Assembly (NCBI GenBank): GCA_030390025.1
Contig: CM059432.1
Location: 93,436,001-93,500,000, forward strand
DNA from: Squalus acanthias
Lineage: Eukaryota
Length of the DNA: 64,000 nt
Direction: 5' to 3'
A program made the position numbers and the translations under genes. Of this stretch, positions 35,935-47,600 are shown piece by piece. Each line of letters begins with the position of its first letter. The first letter of the stretch is position 1. Below the pieces are notes generated by a model that was not told the origin of the DNA, did no database searches, and saw only the letters and a program-made list of their open reading frames with translations.

Positions 35935-36935
35935 GGGGGAGAAATTCGGTATCGCCCCGTTTGGGGTGCAATTATCGGCCGGGCGCAAAGTTCAGCACCT
36001 GATGCTAATTATCGCCTCCGACTGCAAACTTGGCTTCTATCGCCCCTGGAGGTGATTGGAGCGCTAAATCAGGCGCTACACACCTCTCTTAAGGCGCTAA
36101 CGCAGAGGAGCGAGGCGCTACTTCAGCGCGCTGGCGAAGCTCATGTGATGTCAGTCAGCAATGGAACACAGACACACTGGCGCCAGCCAGTTCTTAAAGG
36201 GGAGGGTCGATCTTGCTCTCCATCCACACCCTGCTGATTGCAGCCTTGAATCTCGGCCTGGAGAGACCTGTACATCAAATCTGCTGGAAAGAACAATGGA
36301 GAGGCCCAGGGAAAGAGCTCAGAGTGCAGCCCCCAGAGTGCAAAGCTGTCAAACACTGACAATCTCTGTTCTAAGGTGAGCCCTTGCACAGAGGTGCACC
36401 AAGACCTCTCTCCTCAGCAGAAAGCAGATGGCTGCAGCATCTGAGAATGCAGCAGCCATTCTGTCATCTCTGCCGCTGAGATGAGGCACCTCCGGATCCT
36501 CAAAGGTTGAAGCCTGCAGAAAGAAGCAAAGGTAACGAAACTTTTTCCAACACTTTACACTCACCTCTCATACTTACCTGTCCACACTTGCACCCATCAC
36601 TCACCTCTACAGCTGACATTTTGACCCCTCTCACCCCCGCAGACCCACTGCTCGCCTCGCTGACCCTGGCGAGGTTCGCAGCAGTCGGGAAGCCCGCAAT
36701 TGCAGGCGTAAAATGGGGAAAAGCCTCAAAACTGCCTGTTAACAGGCAGTTATTTGGCTCTAATCCCCTTCCCGCCTCGAGGAGACGGGTCCCTGCGTGA
36801 CTCGGGGACCCGCCTCCCGGGAAGATGGCACGGAGGCGGGTTGGGAGCGGGGTCAGTACCCGCTCCCAGTTTCTGCCATTTTCCTGGCAGTCCCGCCTCC
36901 ATACTCACCTCCCTAGGGCTGGGAAAATTCCCCCC
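35935..36935. mobile_element. Harbinger-type non-autonomous element, inverted relative to the 43430 copy, with a different right half
   Basis: gggggagaaattcggtatcgcccc start shared with 57232; ends gaaaattcccccc; contains ATGGAGAGGCCCAGGGAAAGAGCT, resembling the Myb gene start. Confidence 0.75.
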
Positions 36936-37161
36936 GATGATTCCTTGTTGAAGTACAATTCCAAGGGCACTATTGCCCTCTGATGCTTTACCTAGATGCA
37001 GGGGAAGAGATGGGCAGAACTTCTGCCTGCCACTGATCCTGTCCTAAATCCTATGGTATTAATAATAGGGGCAGACACCCGCAGTGATGCAACAGGGCGC
37101 CAGACCCACAGAGGCTCTGTGACCTCGGAGTGGCAGAGACCCAGATTGGGACAAAGACAAA

Positions 37162-37888
37162 GGGCTGGATTTTGATACTGGGGCGGGTTGGGGTCGTGTC
37201 ATCCGCATTTCGTGTTATCCACCCGCCTGCAATTGGATGTGGGAGATTGATGCAATTTTCACTTAATTGGGCAATTGAGTTCCAGCATGTGGGAACCCAT
37301 GACCCAATTAGTGGTTTCAGTCTGAAAGTCGCCTCTGATGATGTCATCATTGCAGGTCAGAGACTGCCTGGTCTCAGAGATTGCCTGGCCTTTGCTGAGA
37401 GAGGACCTGGATGCAAAATGAGCAGCATAAGAGAGAGAGAGAGACAGACAGAGAGAGAGAATTTTTTTTGCAACCAAGTCCTCCCAGGCAGTCTCTGAAG
37501 ACATTCAATGCAGCAGCATCAGAGGCGACTTTTCAGACCTAATACTACTACTACCTTCATCACAATACTACTACTACCTTCATCACATCTCCGTTGTAAT
37601 AGTGGACCTGCAGCTATTCACTGGCGTGTTTCACATCAGGCGTACTTCACGTCGGAAAAGGGTTAAACTAGCTAAAACGTTTCAAAACGGCATTAGGGCT
37701 TGTTAAGGGCTTTAATGGCCTCTCCCGCCTCTTGGAGGCGGGACGGAGTCGGGAACCCCGCGACCGATTTTGTCAAAATTGCGTGGAGGCGGAATGGAGT
37801 CAGGATGGGGTCGGGACCCCCGAATCTGCAACTTTAACCCCCCACACGCCTCCAAACCCGACTCCACGGGTCATTGAAAATCCAGCCC
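37162..37888. mobile_element. Harbinger-type MITE
   Basis: TIRs gggctggatttt / aaaatccagccc; AAA 3-bp duplication. Confidence 0.8.
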
Positions 37889-38376
37889 AAAGTTAGTTAA
37901 AAAAAATCTCAAGGATCAAAGAGGTAACTTCACTTCAAAGTTTCAGCATTATTAATCCTGGAATCCCACAAAGCATTATTCACACGTCATACATTTGAAG
38001 CTAAAATCATCTTTGCTTTGATCCATTGCCAAGTCACCAGGTTCCACGCACCACTTTGCTACTGCTCTTGATACCATCGCCGCCTCACCACATTGCCCAC
38101 TACTTCCCTCTCCGAAGAAAATGTGGTCTCACTCCCCTGAAAACTCCTCGAGTGTAGTGCCAGTGACTGCTGCAGGTACCCAGAGAGCCACACTAATGTC
38201 AATTATGTTGTAAAATAGAAAAGTTGCACTTGAGCAACAGAAGAGCCATATATTGGTTATGGTGAGCTAGTGTAAGCTGGATGGTGTGGAATTGTTTAAT
38301 GCCTGCTATCATCACCTTCTAGTGTAAGAGTATGATATTGGAATCCATTTTCTCTGTTAAATGTTGTTTTTCTTAC

Positions 38377-38525
38377 CTGTCACAGCTATTGCACAGAAAA
38401 ATGAGAATGGCCAGGAGCAAAAAGGCACAAGCAATGGCAATCAGACCCCAGAGAATGAGTTGGTGTTGTCCACTGTTAAATACCCCTGGCATAGGTCTGA
38501 CAATGTCAACAGGATTTGGAGCCAT
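38377..38525 (-). CDS. PAG1: PAG1/Cbp first coding exon: short ectodomain, transmembrane helix, CxxC palmitoylation motif
   Basis: Translates MAPNPVDIVRPMPGVFNSGQHQLILWGLIAIACAFLLLAILIFLCNSCD(R), matching human PAG1 [33 protein letters not shown]. Donor AG|GTAAGA at 38377; acceptor ttttatgtgttacag| at 38588 gives 5' UTR 38526-38588. Confidence 0.95.
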
Positions 38526-38671
38526 TAGGAAAAAGGTGACAGATTTCTACTGTTCAATGACATCGGTTTAGAAATCGTTCCGTAGTACCTGTAACACATA
38601 AAAGGACACAAAGAAATCCTGATTAATTGCATTACCGACAGATTTTTAAAATGGGAGAAACTTTTGCTTAC

Positions 38672-38720
38672 CTTGAGTCAAACACTGGACATTCTTGAGT
38701 ATAATAGTGTGAGAGGGCAA
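38672..38720 (-). other. Candidate PAG1 5' UTR exon (49 nt)
   Basis: cctacttcag|...CTCAAG|gtaagc, separated from the first coding exon by an 83-nt putative intron. Splice signals only. Confidence 0.35.
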
Positions 38721-40131
38721 CTGAAGTAGGTCATTTATTGCACATAACCTATATTGCTTCATGCATTCTGGACATGTGCTGTACAAGGAAGGAGATCTGT
38801 GATGCACTTTAGGATAAGTGCATGTTAATTCCCTTAGTGCTACTTTTTGAGAGAGGATTCAAGGATTAATTTGGGGTGCAATGCCAGAGAGCTGCTTAAC
38901 CACAAAGGAAATATTTTTTGGATCCCACTCTCTGCTTCATTATTAAAGAACATCGCATCTCCTTTGAAATGCTGAACTTTAAGTACTCTATATTGCATTT
39001 GACACAGGGCAAGTGTGACTGAATTGATGGTGTACTGATCTGCCTATTATGTCGATAGTGTTAGATTTTGCATAAGGAGCCATAAACAACAGATTCTTCC
39101 AACGACAAACAGTTTCAGTTAGAAGTCTCATTCTGTAGCATTATTTACAGTGGATTTAGAATTAATTCCCTTTCTTTTCTTTTAATTATTAAAATCAATC
39201 TGTTCAGGAAAGTGCAAATAACGACACCAGCTTGTGTTTTTCTTGGTCCTACTGAGTAAATTAACATTAAGAGGAGGTTATTTTTTAAGAAGAAAACAAA
39301 AGCTGTGCAGCTGATTATTTTTGCAAAGAATTTTGAAACCACCCATTACTTATAACTTCCAAAATAAATTTTCTGGTGACCCTTTTTAATGGGATCACAA
39401 CATTACAGACTTTGTAAAACAGCTAGTTTGAACAAATGCATTCTGACAATGGAATATGACTGAGCAGAAGTTTTAGGCAATGGTTCCTTGGCACACAATG
39501 AAAGAATTTGCATTTGTTCCCCTCTCAGGTTCCAACAATGCATATTCTCATTGCAAACAGCTATTAATGCATTGGAATCAGAGTTTGATTTACGCAAATA
39601 AAAATGAATCACAGAATCTCAAATACTTTTGCAGATGAACATACTGAAGTTGTTTTATATCTCTCTAGATTTATTCTCATCTTGATTGGCTTTCCATGCA
39701 TTTCCTGTTTGATGTATTTATTTTCTGTGAAAAATAAGTTCAGTCACTTTGAAGTTTTGTCTCCATGCTTCATTGTCCTTAACCTCAATCTGGGAAGTTA
39801 CAGCGTGTCACTGATTTTGCCCAATTATCTCATTGTATCCTTTAACTTTTCTTCCTGATGCCCAGATTCATTTTGACTGCAGAAATATTTTTGACTCAAC
39901 CTGATCTGATAAGTGTTTGAAATATCTATGTTTTCAGTGAAGAAATAGTATGAAACCACAGCAAATATTATAAACAATAATTATGAATAACAAGTGGGGG
40001 GGGAAGAGAAGGAGAGGTGGTGACCATTTTCCTGCCTCCTTTTGCCTCTAAAGTAGAGGGCCCAGCAGTTTATTGTAGCTTTGCAATGACCAAAGTGACA
40101 GTTAGTTGCTTCAGTTTGAATGTGTATTCTT

Positions 40132-41550
40132 AGAATCATAGAATGGTTACAGCACAGAAGGAGGCCATTCGGCCCGTCAAGCCTGTGCTGGCTCTCTGCA
40201 AGAGCACTTCAACTAGTCCCACTCCCCGCCCTTTCTCTGTAGCCCTGCAATTTTTTTTTCCCTTCAGGTACTTATCCAATTCCCTTTTGAAAGTCACGAT
40301 TGAATCTGCCTCCACCACCCTTTCAGGCAGTGCATTCCAAATCCTAACCACTCGCTGCGTAAAAAAGTTTTTCCTCATGTTGCCTTTGGTTCTTCTGCCA
40401 ATCACTTTAAATCTGTGTCCTCTGGTTCTCGACTGATCCGCCAATGGGAACAGTTTCTCTCTATCTACTCTGTCTAGACCCCTCATGATTTTGAGCACCT
40501 CTATCAAATCTACTCTCAACCTTCTCTGCTCTAAGGAGAACAACCCCAGCTTCTCCAGTCTATCCACGTAACTGAAGTCCCTCATCCCTGGAACCATTCT
40601 TGTAAATCTTTTCTGCACCCTTTCTAAGGCCTTCACATCCTTCCGAAAGTGCGGTGCTCAGAATTGGATACAATACTCCAGTTGAGGCCGAACCAGTGTT
40701 TTATAAAGGTTCATCATAACTTCCTAGTTTTTGTACTCTATGGCCCGTATTTTCCGATCGGAGGCCTCCGACCTGGAAAAAATCTACACCCTTACCGGAG
40801 GGCTCCAGAGGTCCAGCCATTTCCGCTCCTGGGCCTCTCCACGACGTAATGCGCAGGGCCCACGTATCCCAGGGGTGCATGCGGTTCGCAAGCGTCCCTG
40901 GGATCATGTGGGCCATGGGGAACCAATGGGAGAAGGGAATCTCCCTTCATACTTTTGACAGCTTAGACCTGTCAAAAGTATGAATGGAAATCACTCCAAA
41001 AACGCATCAAAACATTAAATCATTTTTTTTTAAATCATGTTTTTAAAATTAGTTAAAATTACATTAAATTAAATATTTTAAACAAAAATTAAATTTTTTG
41101 GAAAAAAATTAAAGTTTTTTACAGGACTAAAAATAAACTTACCTTTTTAAAAGTATTTTTAAATTATAAATGAGTGGGAATTTTTTTTAAAAACTTTGTT
41201 AAACTCTTATGCTGGTAAAAGCAGGCCTTACGCCTGCTTTTACCAGGCGTAAGATTTTTAAGGGATTTCAGCAGGCGGAGGTTCTGCAGAAAGCGGAACT
41301 CTCCACCCACAGAGGCCCTTCTCCAGGGCAGGCATCCGATCTGTCAAGAGGATTCTTGACAGATCGGAAATGCCGGTTTTCAGTGCATGCGCTTCGCATG
41401 CCTGAAACCGGCACTTGCGAGGTCCCTATGGATGTGTACACAGCTCGTACACACCCGTAGGGATCGGAAAATACGGGCCAATGCCTCTATCTATGAAGCC
41501 CAGGATCTGATATGCTTTTTTTAACCACTTTCTCAACCTGCCCTGTCACC
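40132..41550 (-). mobile_element. CR1 (HER1-like) 3' fragment split by a MITE
   Basis: ORF 40136..40636 is a CR1 ORF2 C-terminus; the LINE resumes at about 41480. Confidence 0.9.
40742..41479. mobile_element. Harbinger-type MITE with internal hairpins
   Basis: TIRs ggcccgtattttccgatc / gatcggaaaatacgggcc; tat/aat flanks; inserted in CR1. Confidence 0.88.
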
Positions 41551-41598
41551 TTCTTGCTGTGTAGTACTGGGTGATTACCAAATCATACACCACATATT

Positions 41599-42340
41599 GG
41601 CCCAGAAATTGATCTCGCTCTGTTCCCGCGGGGGTAAGGCTTCCCCGCGATCTCTCACTCCGCGTGTGCTTTTTCAGATCCAGCTCGCACGAACTTGATG
41701 TTCCAGACATCAGCTGGGCAGTGCTTGCGTATCCCACCGGCGTAGTGAATTCGTGCGAGCTGTGGGATCACGTGACTCAGTTAGAGCCAATGGCAGCACA
41801 CCATCTTCCATTCATAAGTTTCACATACGTGCTGTGAAATCTATGAATCTTACACCCCCCCAAAATAACAGCTAAACCTCAATTAAATTTTAAAAAAACC
41901 ATCACATTAATAAAATAAGTATAGTTAAATAAATTAACCATTTTAAATAAAAAATTAAATTTTTGAAAAAATTTAAAATCTTTTAAAAAGTTATAAAAAT
42001 AAACTTACCTGTCTTTAAAGTCTCTAAAAAAGATATACCTGTTAAAAAAAATTCAAAAAAATACTTAATTCACTACTTACCTTGTTAAAAGTGGGTCTTA
42101 CTCCTCCTTTTTCCATTTCTAAAATCTTCCGTCCTTACCTGCGCGTCCAAAGCACGAAGTGCACAGCGTGCGCGCAGCCTGTAGCGCGCACGCGATGCAC
42201 CGAGGAACCGCCCCCTTTTCAAAAGACCAAGTGCCGGTTTTCAGCGCATGCGCAGGGCATGCAGAAAACCGGCAATTGGAGAGAGAATACGCGAGAGTAC
42301 GCAGTGCGTACTCTCGCGCAGCGGGATGAATTTTTGGCTC
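41599..42340. mobile_element. Related Harbinger-type MITE
   Basis: ggcccagaaatt / aatttttggctc ends; same layout as 40742 (AT-rich centre, aaaaataaacttacct, gccggttttcag..catgcgc hairpin). Confidence 0.75.
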
Positions 42341-42967
42341 AATGTGTAAACATTTGGGTGCAACTTTCATATTCATAGACCAGTGTTTTATACATATTTG
42401 AAAAATAAAATATGCAAACATAGCCACAACAAAACCCTTTTATAATGAAATTGTGCTAGCCACACAAATTTTTTTTGAAAATCAGTATTAGGAGGCAGCA
42501 GCCTGTGTGCTACTGACCTACTTAAAACTTGAGTTGTTGACTGTACAGAGGCCTGAACTGACTGAATTACCAGACTCACGTGATAATCATGGATGAGAAA
42601 GGGTCAATGTAATTCCATCCATCCAGACAGATCCCATCATGCAACCTGCAAGTTCTTAATTATTCTGATTTTACTCCAGCATGGGTACCCGCTGCCTAAA
42701 CCTTATCGAAAGGTTTGTGTGTGATTAATAGGTCACTTTGAATAAGCTGATCTCACTATGGTTACTTGCTCAAACTAGCCTCAGAGATCCAGTGCCTAGA
42801 GCTTGCTTAATTTAACACACCAATAAACTTACTTTGCAAATGCTGAAGTGTTCACAGTAATAAATCTATCACTTGATTAGTGTGTTTACTCAGCAATCAT
42901 CACTGGGAAAGGTACTTCAAACTAATCTTACAGTCGATGTACATAATAGCATATTTTGTATTATGTT

Positions 42968-43145
42968 CTTAAGAATATAAGAAATAGGAGCAGGAGTAGG
43001 CCATTTGGTCCCTCGAGCCTGCTCCACCATTCAATAAGATTATGGCTGATCTTCTACCTCATCTCCACTTTCCTGAACTATCCCCATATCCCTTGATTCC
43101 CTTAATATCCAAAAATCTATCGATCTCTGTCTTGAATATACTTGA
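42968..43145 (-). mobile_element. CR1/SINE 3' tail
   Basis: aggagcaggagtaggccatt...cctgctccaccattcaataagat; reverse of the tail at 1960-2090. Confidence 0.75.
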
Positions 43146-43429
43146 ATATCATGCCCAGCAAAACTTTGAGACTATGAACAATTTGTGGACATCTATTTTG
43201 CACTTTAAGCAATGTTTACAGAGTTCACTTCATTTTAACAAGCTGAACATCTCGAGTGAAATGGCCCCCGTGATTTCAGGTTATAGTGTGGCATAGTAAT
43301 TTATGTATACAAAATAGATAGCAACAGCCAGCAGCTCACCCATGTTACAGAACAAAAGCAAAATATATCTGTCTTCTTCACACATCTGTGTCTTTTTTTC
43401 TTAATGGTCAAAGTGGAATAAGAAACTAA

Positions 43430-43797
43430 GGGGGAAAAATTCAGTTGGTTGCGCCTCCCGTTAGCGCCTTAAGAGGGCGCTAATGGGGCGCAAAGCAACT
43501 AGCGCCCGGGCGCGGCGATGTTTGCGCCGCTCGTGAAATTAACTAGACATTTTGCGGCGGCGCTAAACACTACCGCCACGATCTCCTGCGCCGGCAGATC
43601 GTGACATCAGTCGAGTGCGCAACGCCCCGGTATCGCCCCGGAGCGGATATTGAGTGGCGCCCCCTGCCTTACCGCCTGCCGCTAGCAACGACAGGTTGAG
43701 GGGAGCATTTTGCAGTCAGGAAGGGACTGGGGGAGCGCTATTTAAAGGCGACCGCTTCCTGCCTTTTATTGTTGGTGACATTTTTGAACCACGCTTT

Positions 43798-43838
<41 letters not shown>

Positions 43839-44345
43839 ACTTCTGGAGAGATTCAACGCTGTGTGAAGGAGTTTTGGGTACTGAGCAGCACTTTGCAGGT
43901 TCATTTTGATTTGCCCTTCCTTGTATCGATTTAGAAGAGACTGTGGGGGCTGCACTCTGAGCTCTTTCCCTGGGCCTCTCCATTGTTCTTTCCAACAGAT
44001 TTGATGTGCAGGTCTCTCCAGGCCGAGATTCAAGGCTGCAATGAGCAGGATGTGGATGGAAAGCAAGATTAACCATCCCCTTTAAGAACTGGCCCGTGCC
44101 ATTGTGTGTGTGTTCCATTGCTGACTGACATCACATGAGCTTCGCCAGCGCTCTGAGGTAGCGCCTCGCTCCTGGGCCTTTGCGCCTTAAGACAGGTGTG
44201 AAGCGTCCTGATTTAGCACTCCAATCACCTCCAGGGGCGATAAAAGTCAAGTTTGCAGTCGGTGGCGATAATTAGCGCCAGGCGCTAATCTTTGTGCCAA
44301 GCCGATAATTGCGCCCCAAATGGGGCGATACTGAATTTCTCCCCC
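43430..44345. mobile_element. CpG-rich Harbinger-type MITE with internal (GA)n
   Basis: GGGGGAAAAATTCAGT / ACTGAATTTCTCCCCC; TAA/TTA flanks. Confidence 0.9.
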
Positions 44346-44839
44346 TTAGTTTTTTGGTGTTGACAGGATAACATCAGAGTCAGATCCACTACACTCTCCT
44401 CAGTTTGGCACCGGCACACAGTACTGTTTGACCTCCTTCTGCCAATGAGGTGCAACATAAAGGAAGCAAAAGGAAAGAAAGATAGTTTTCCATCAGAAGG
44501 AAACATTGCAGAAGATTACTGAGCAAGGAGCTGTATGCTCAGTCATTCAAGAGTTGTTCAATTACTTGCCTCCTTCCTCAGTTGGGATGGCTGTATGTAA
44601 AGAAAATTCTCAATCATTCTTTTCTCCTACAATCTAGATGGGGGCAGAGGTGGGGTGGTGGTATGAGTGGAGAGAAAGCGCGAGAGAATGCGATGTAGAC
44701 AAACCTTTTGTTGTGTCATCCCTTCCTCTTACAATCTACACACCTTTAGATCTGAAGCTGCATATCCCCTAATCACAATCTAATTTGTCTTCTCTCACAA
44801 TTTAATTTACCTACTCAAAATTTATAGCGCTTTAGTCAA

Positions 44840-45330
44840 ACTATGCCTTGAATACAGTGTCTAATTTTGGTTGCAAAGAGACAAGGGAGATATTCAACCA
44901 CTGGAGGCAGTGCAGAGAAGAGCCACATGCTGATCACTAGCGTCAGGAGTATGTTATCAAGAAAGACTGGAGGCGCTTGTGTTTTTCAGTCTAGAAAGGA
45001 GGCATCAGAAAGGTGATCTTCATGGTATATGAGATTGTTTAAGTGCATAGAAAAAGTTAACCCAGAATATTACTTTAAATTTTGGGAGTAGAACAAAGAG
45101 ACACAAATTCAAACTAGTGGAAGGCAAATACAGGACTAAAATCAGGAGATGTTCTTTACACAAAGAATGACATCACATGGAATAGACATCCAGGTAGATA
45201 AATGCAGGAAAAATCCTAGAATAATTTAAGAAACAATTCAATGCTACACTGGAGATATTGGGATCTCTCAGGATAAATGAATTAGATGAGCTGAATGACC
45301 TTCCTCATCCATAATTATTCTATGATCTTA
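44840..45330 (+). mobile_element. Old CR1 3' fragment
   Basis: cttgaatacagtgtctaattttgg (LEY..FW), gtgcagagaagagccac, ttctttacacaaaga, CR1-type tail. Confidence 0.65.
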
Positions 45331-45649
45331 CTCTTTTCAAACATGTCCTCTACTGTGGACTTTAGCTCTTCAACTTGGTTACTCAATTAAAAGAAAATGC
45401 ACTACTAAAAAACAGTCCCTTGGATACTGTTCGTTCTATTTGGAAGAGACTGAGCTCATGTTTTCCCTTTGTTCTGTAACCAAAGATCCAAAAAAGACCT
45501 ACTATGCAACAGAAAATGGCTCAGAGGGCAATTGTTTCAAAATGAAACTTGCGTAATAATCAAGCGGGTGTTTTAACACATTGCGGAATTGTTATAAGCT
45601 AAGGAAATAGGAAGTAAAGACCCGTGTGTTGATGATTTCTATAACATTT

Positions 45650-46770
45650 ATATAACACCTTCAATATGGAAAACATCCCAAGGTGCTTTACAGATGGAAA
45701 AATGAAAAGAACAGCGAACCATGGTGGGAATATTAGTAGGGGTGAACAAAAGTTTGGCCAAATACACTGGTTTCAACAAGGCCTTTGAAGGTGAAGTGAG
45801 AAATGTCGAAGGGGTTTAAGGGAGGAAACTTGAGGGTAGGGTAGAGATGCTTGAAGTCGCTGGTGAGGCAAATAGGGGGAATGTACAAATGGCCAGAGTT
45901 ACTGGACCAGAAGATAAGGAAGGGGATGCAAATCTGGAGGAAGTTACAGGGGTAGGGTGGGGCACGTCTGTAGGGGATTTGAAGTTGAGGACAAGGATTT
46001 TAAATTCTATGGGCTGGGGGAATGGAGCCAGAGTAGATCAGCAAGGAAGGTGGTTTTGGTGACTGGGCTTTGTGAAGGACAGAATATGGACAGGTGAGTT
46101 TTGGTTGTAGTTTATGGAAGGAGAAGGATGTAAAGCTGGCAAGAAGAGTGTTAGAGAAATTGAAAGACATGGATAAGGGTTTCAACAGCAGCGGGGGCAA
46201 GGTAGTGGCAAGGCAGGCAATGTTACAGAGGTAGAAATAAACAGTGATGGAAATGGAGTTTGAAACTCAGATCTGGGTCAAATAGGATGCCGAGGTTTCA
46301 TATGGTCCAATTCAGCTGATCAAATGGAGAGGGTGGGGAGGGCGGGGGGGGGGGGGTGGATGAAGTCAGTGGCAAGGAAGCAGAGTTTATGGTGAGGATC
46401 AAAAATGATGGCTTTGGTCTTCTCGATATTCAGTTGAGGAATTTTGACTCAACAACTTAACTTCAGACATGCAGTGAGAAGGTGGTGGTGGTGAAGTTCA
46501 TGTAAGTGGAGAGGTAGAGCTGGGCGTCATCAGCATGCATACAGAAACTGATGCCATGTCTGTAAATGATCTCACCAACAGGCAGAATTTGGATAAGGAA
46601 GAGGAGGGAGGTAAGGATAGATATTTGGAGAATTCCTGAGGTAACTGTCCAGGAGCATGAAGAAGCCACTGCTGGAGATGCGCTGGCTGCATTGGGACAG
46701 GTAGGTGTTGAGCCATGCAAGGGCCTTTCCATAGAGATGGGCAACAGAGGAAAGGTAGTGGAAGATAGTG
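45650..46770 (-). mobile_element. Old L2 fragment
   Basis: HGISFCMHADDAQLYL in ORF 46463..46774. Confidence 0.75.
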
Positions 46771-46779
46771 TCAAATTAA

Positions 46780-47600
46780 AAAAAAATCATTTATTGCCCA
46801 TCCCTAATTGCCCTTAAGGAGGCGGTGTTGAGCCACCTTCTTGAACCGCTGCAGTCCGTGTGGTGAAGGTACTCCCACAGTGCTGTTAGGTAGGGAGTTC
46901 CAGGATTTTGACCAAGCGATGATGAAGTATCGGCGATATACCTCTAAGTCAGGATGGTGTGTGACTTGGAGGGGAACTTGGAGGTGGTGGTGTTCCCATG
47001 TGCCTGCTGCCCTTGTCCTTTTAGGTGGAAGAGGTCAAGGGTTTGGGGAGGTGCTGACGAAGGAGCCTTGGCGAGTTGCTGCAGTGCATCTTGTAGATGG
47101 TACACACTGCAGCCACGGTACGCCGGTGGTGGAGGGAGTAAATGTTTAAGGTGGAGGGTGGGGTGCCAATCAAGTGGGCTGCTTTGTCCTGGATGGTGTC
47201 GAGCTTCTTGAGTGTTGTTGGAGCTGCACTCATCCAGGCAAGTGGAGAGTATTCCATCACACTCCTGACTTGTGCCTTGTAGATGGTGGAAAGGCTTTGG
47301 GGAGTCAGGAAGTGAGACACTCGCCACAGAATACCTAGCCTCTGACCTGCTCTTGTTGCCACAGTATTTATGTGGTTGGTCCAGTTAAGTTTCTGGTCAA
47401 TGGAGACCCCTAGGATGTTGATGGTGGGGGATATGGTGATGGTAATGCCGTTGAATGTCAAGGGGCGGTGGTTAGACTCTCGCTTGTTGGAGATATTCAT
47501 TGCCTGGCACTTCTGTGGCGCGAATGTTATCTGCAGGACATTGTGGACAGGTCATACCTGGGCAGTTTTCCACATTGTTGGAAAGATGCCAATGTTGTAG
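46780..47600 (-). mobile_element. CR1-group LINE family B, 3' part
   Basis: ORF 47021..47500 ILGVSIDQKLNW...YKAQVRSVMEYS. Confidence 0.9.

Noticed and set aside
37542..37585. Short direct repeats (also 26444-26478) as an array
   Set aside because: Only two units each; simple local duplications, not CRISPR-like.
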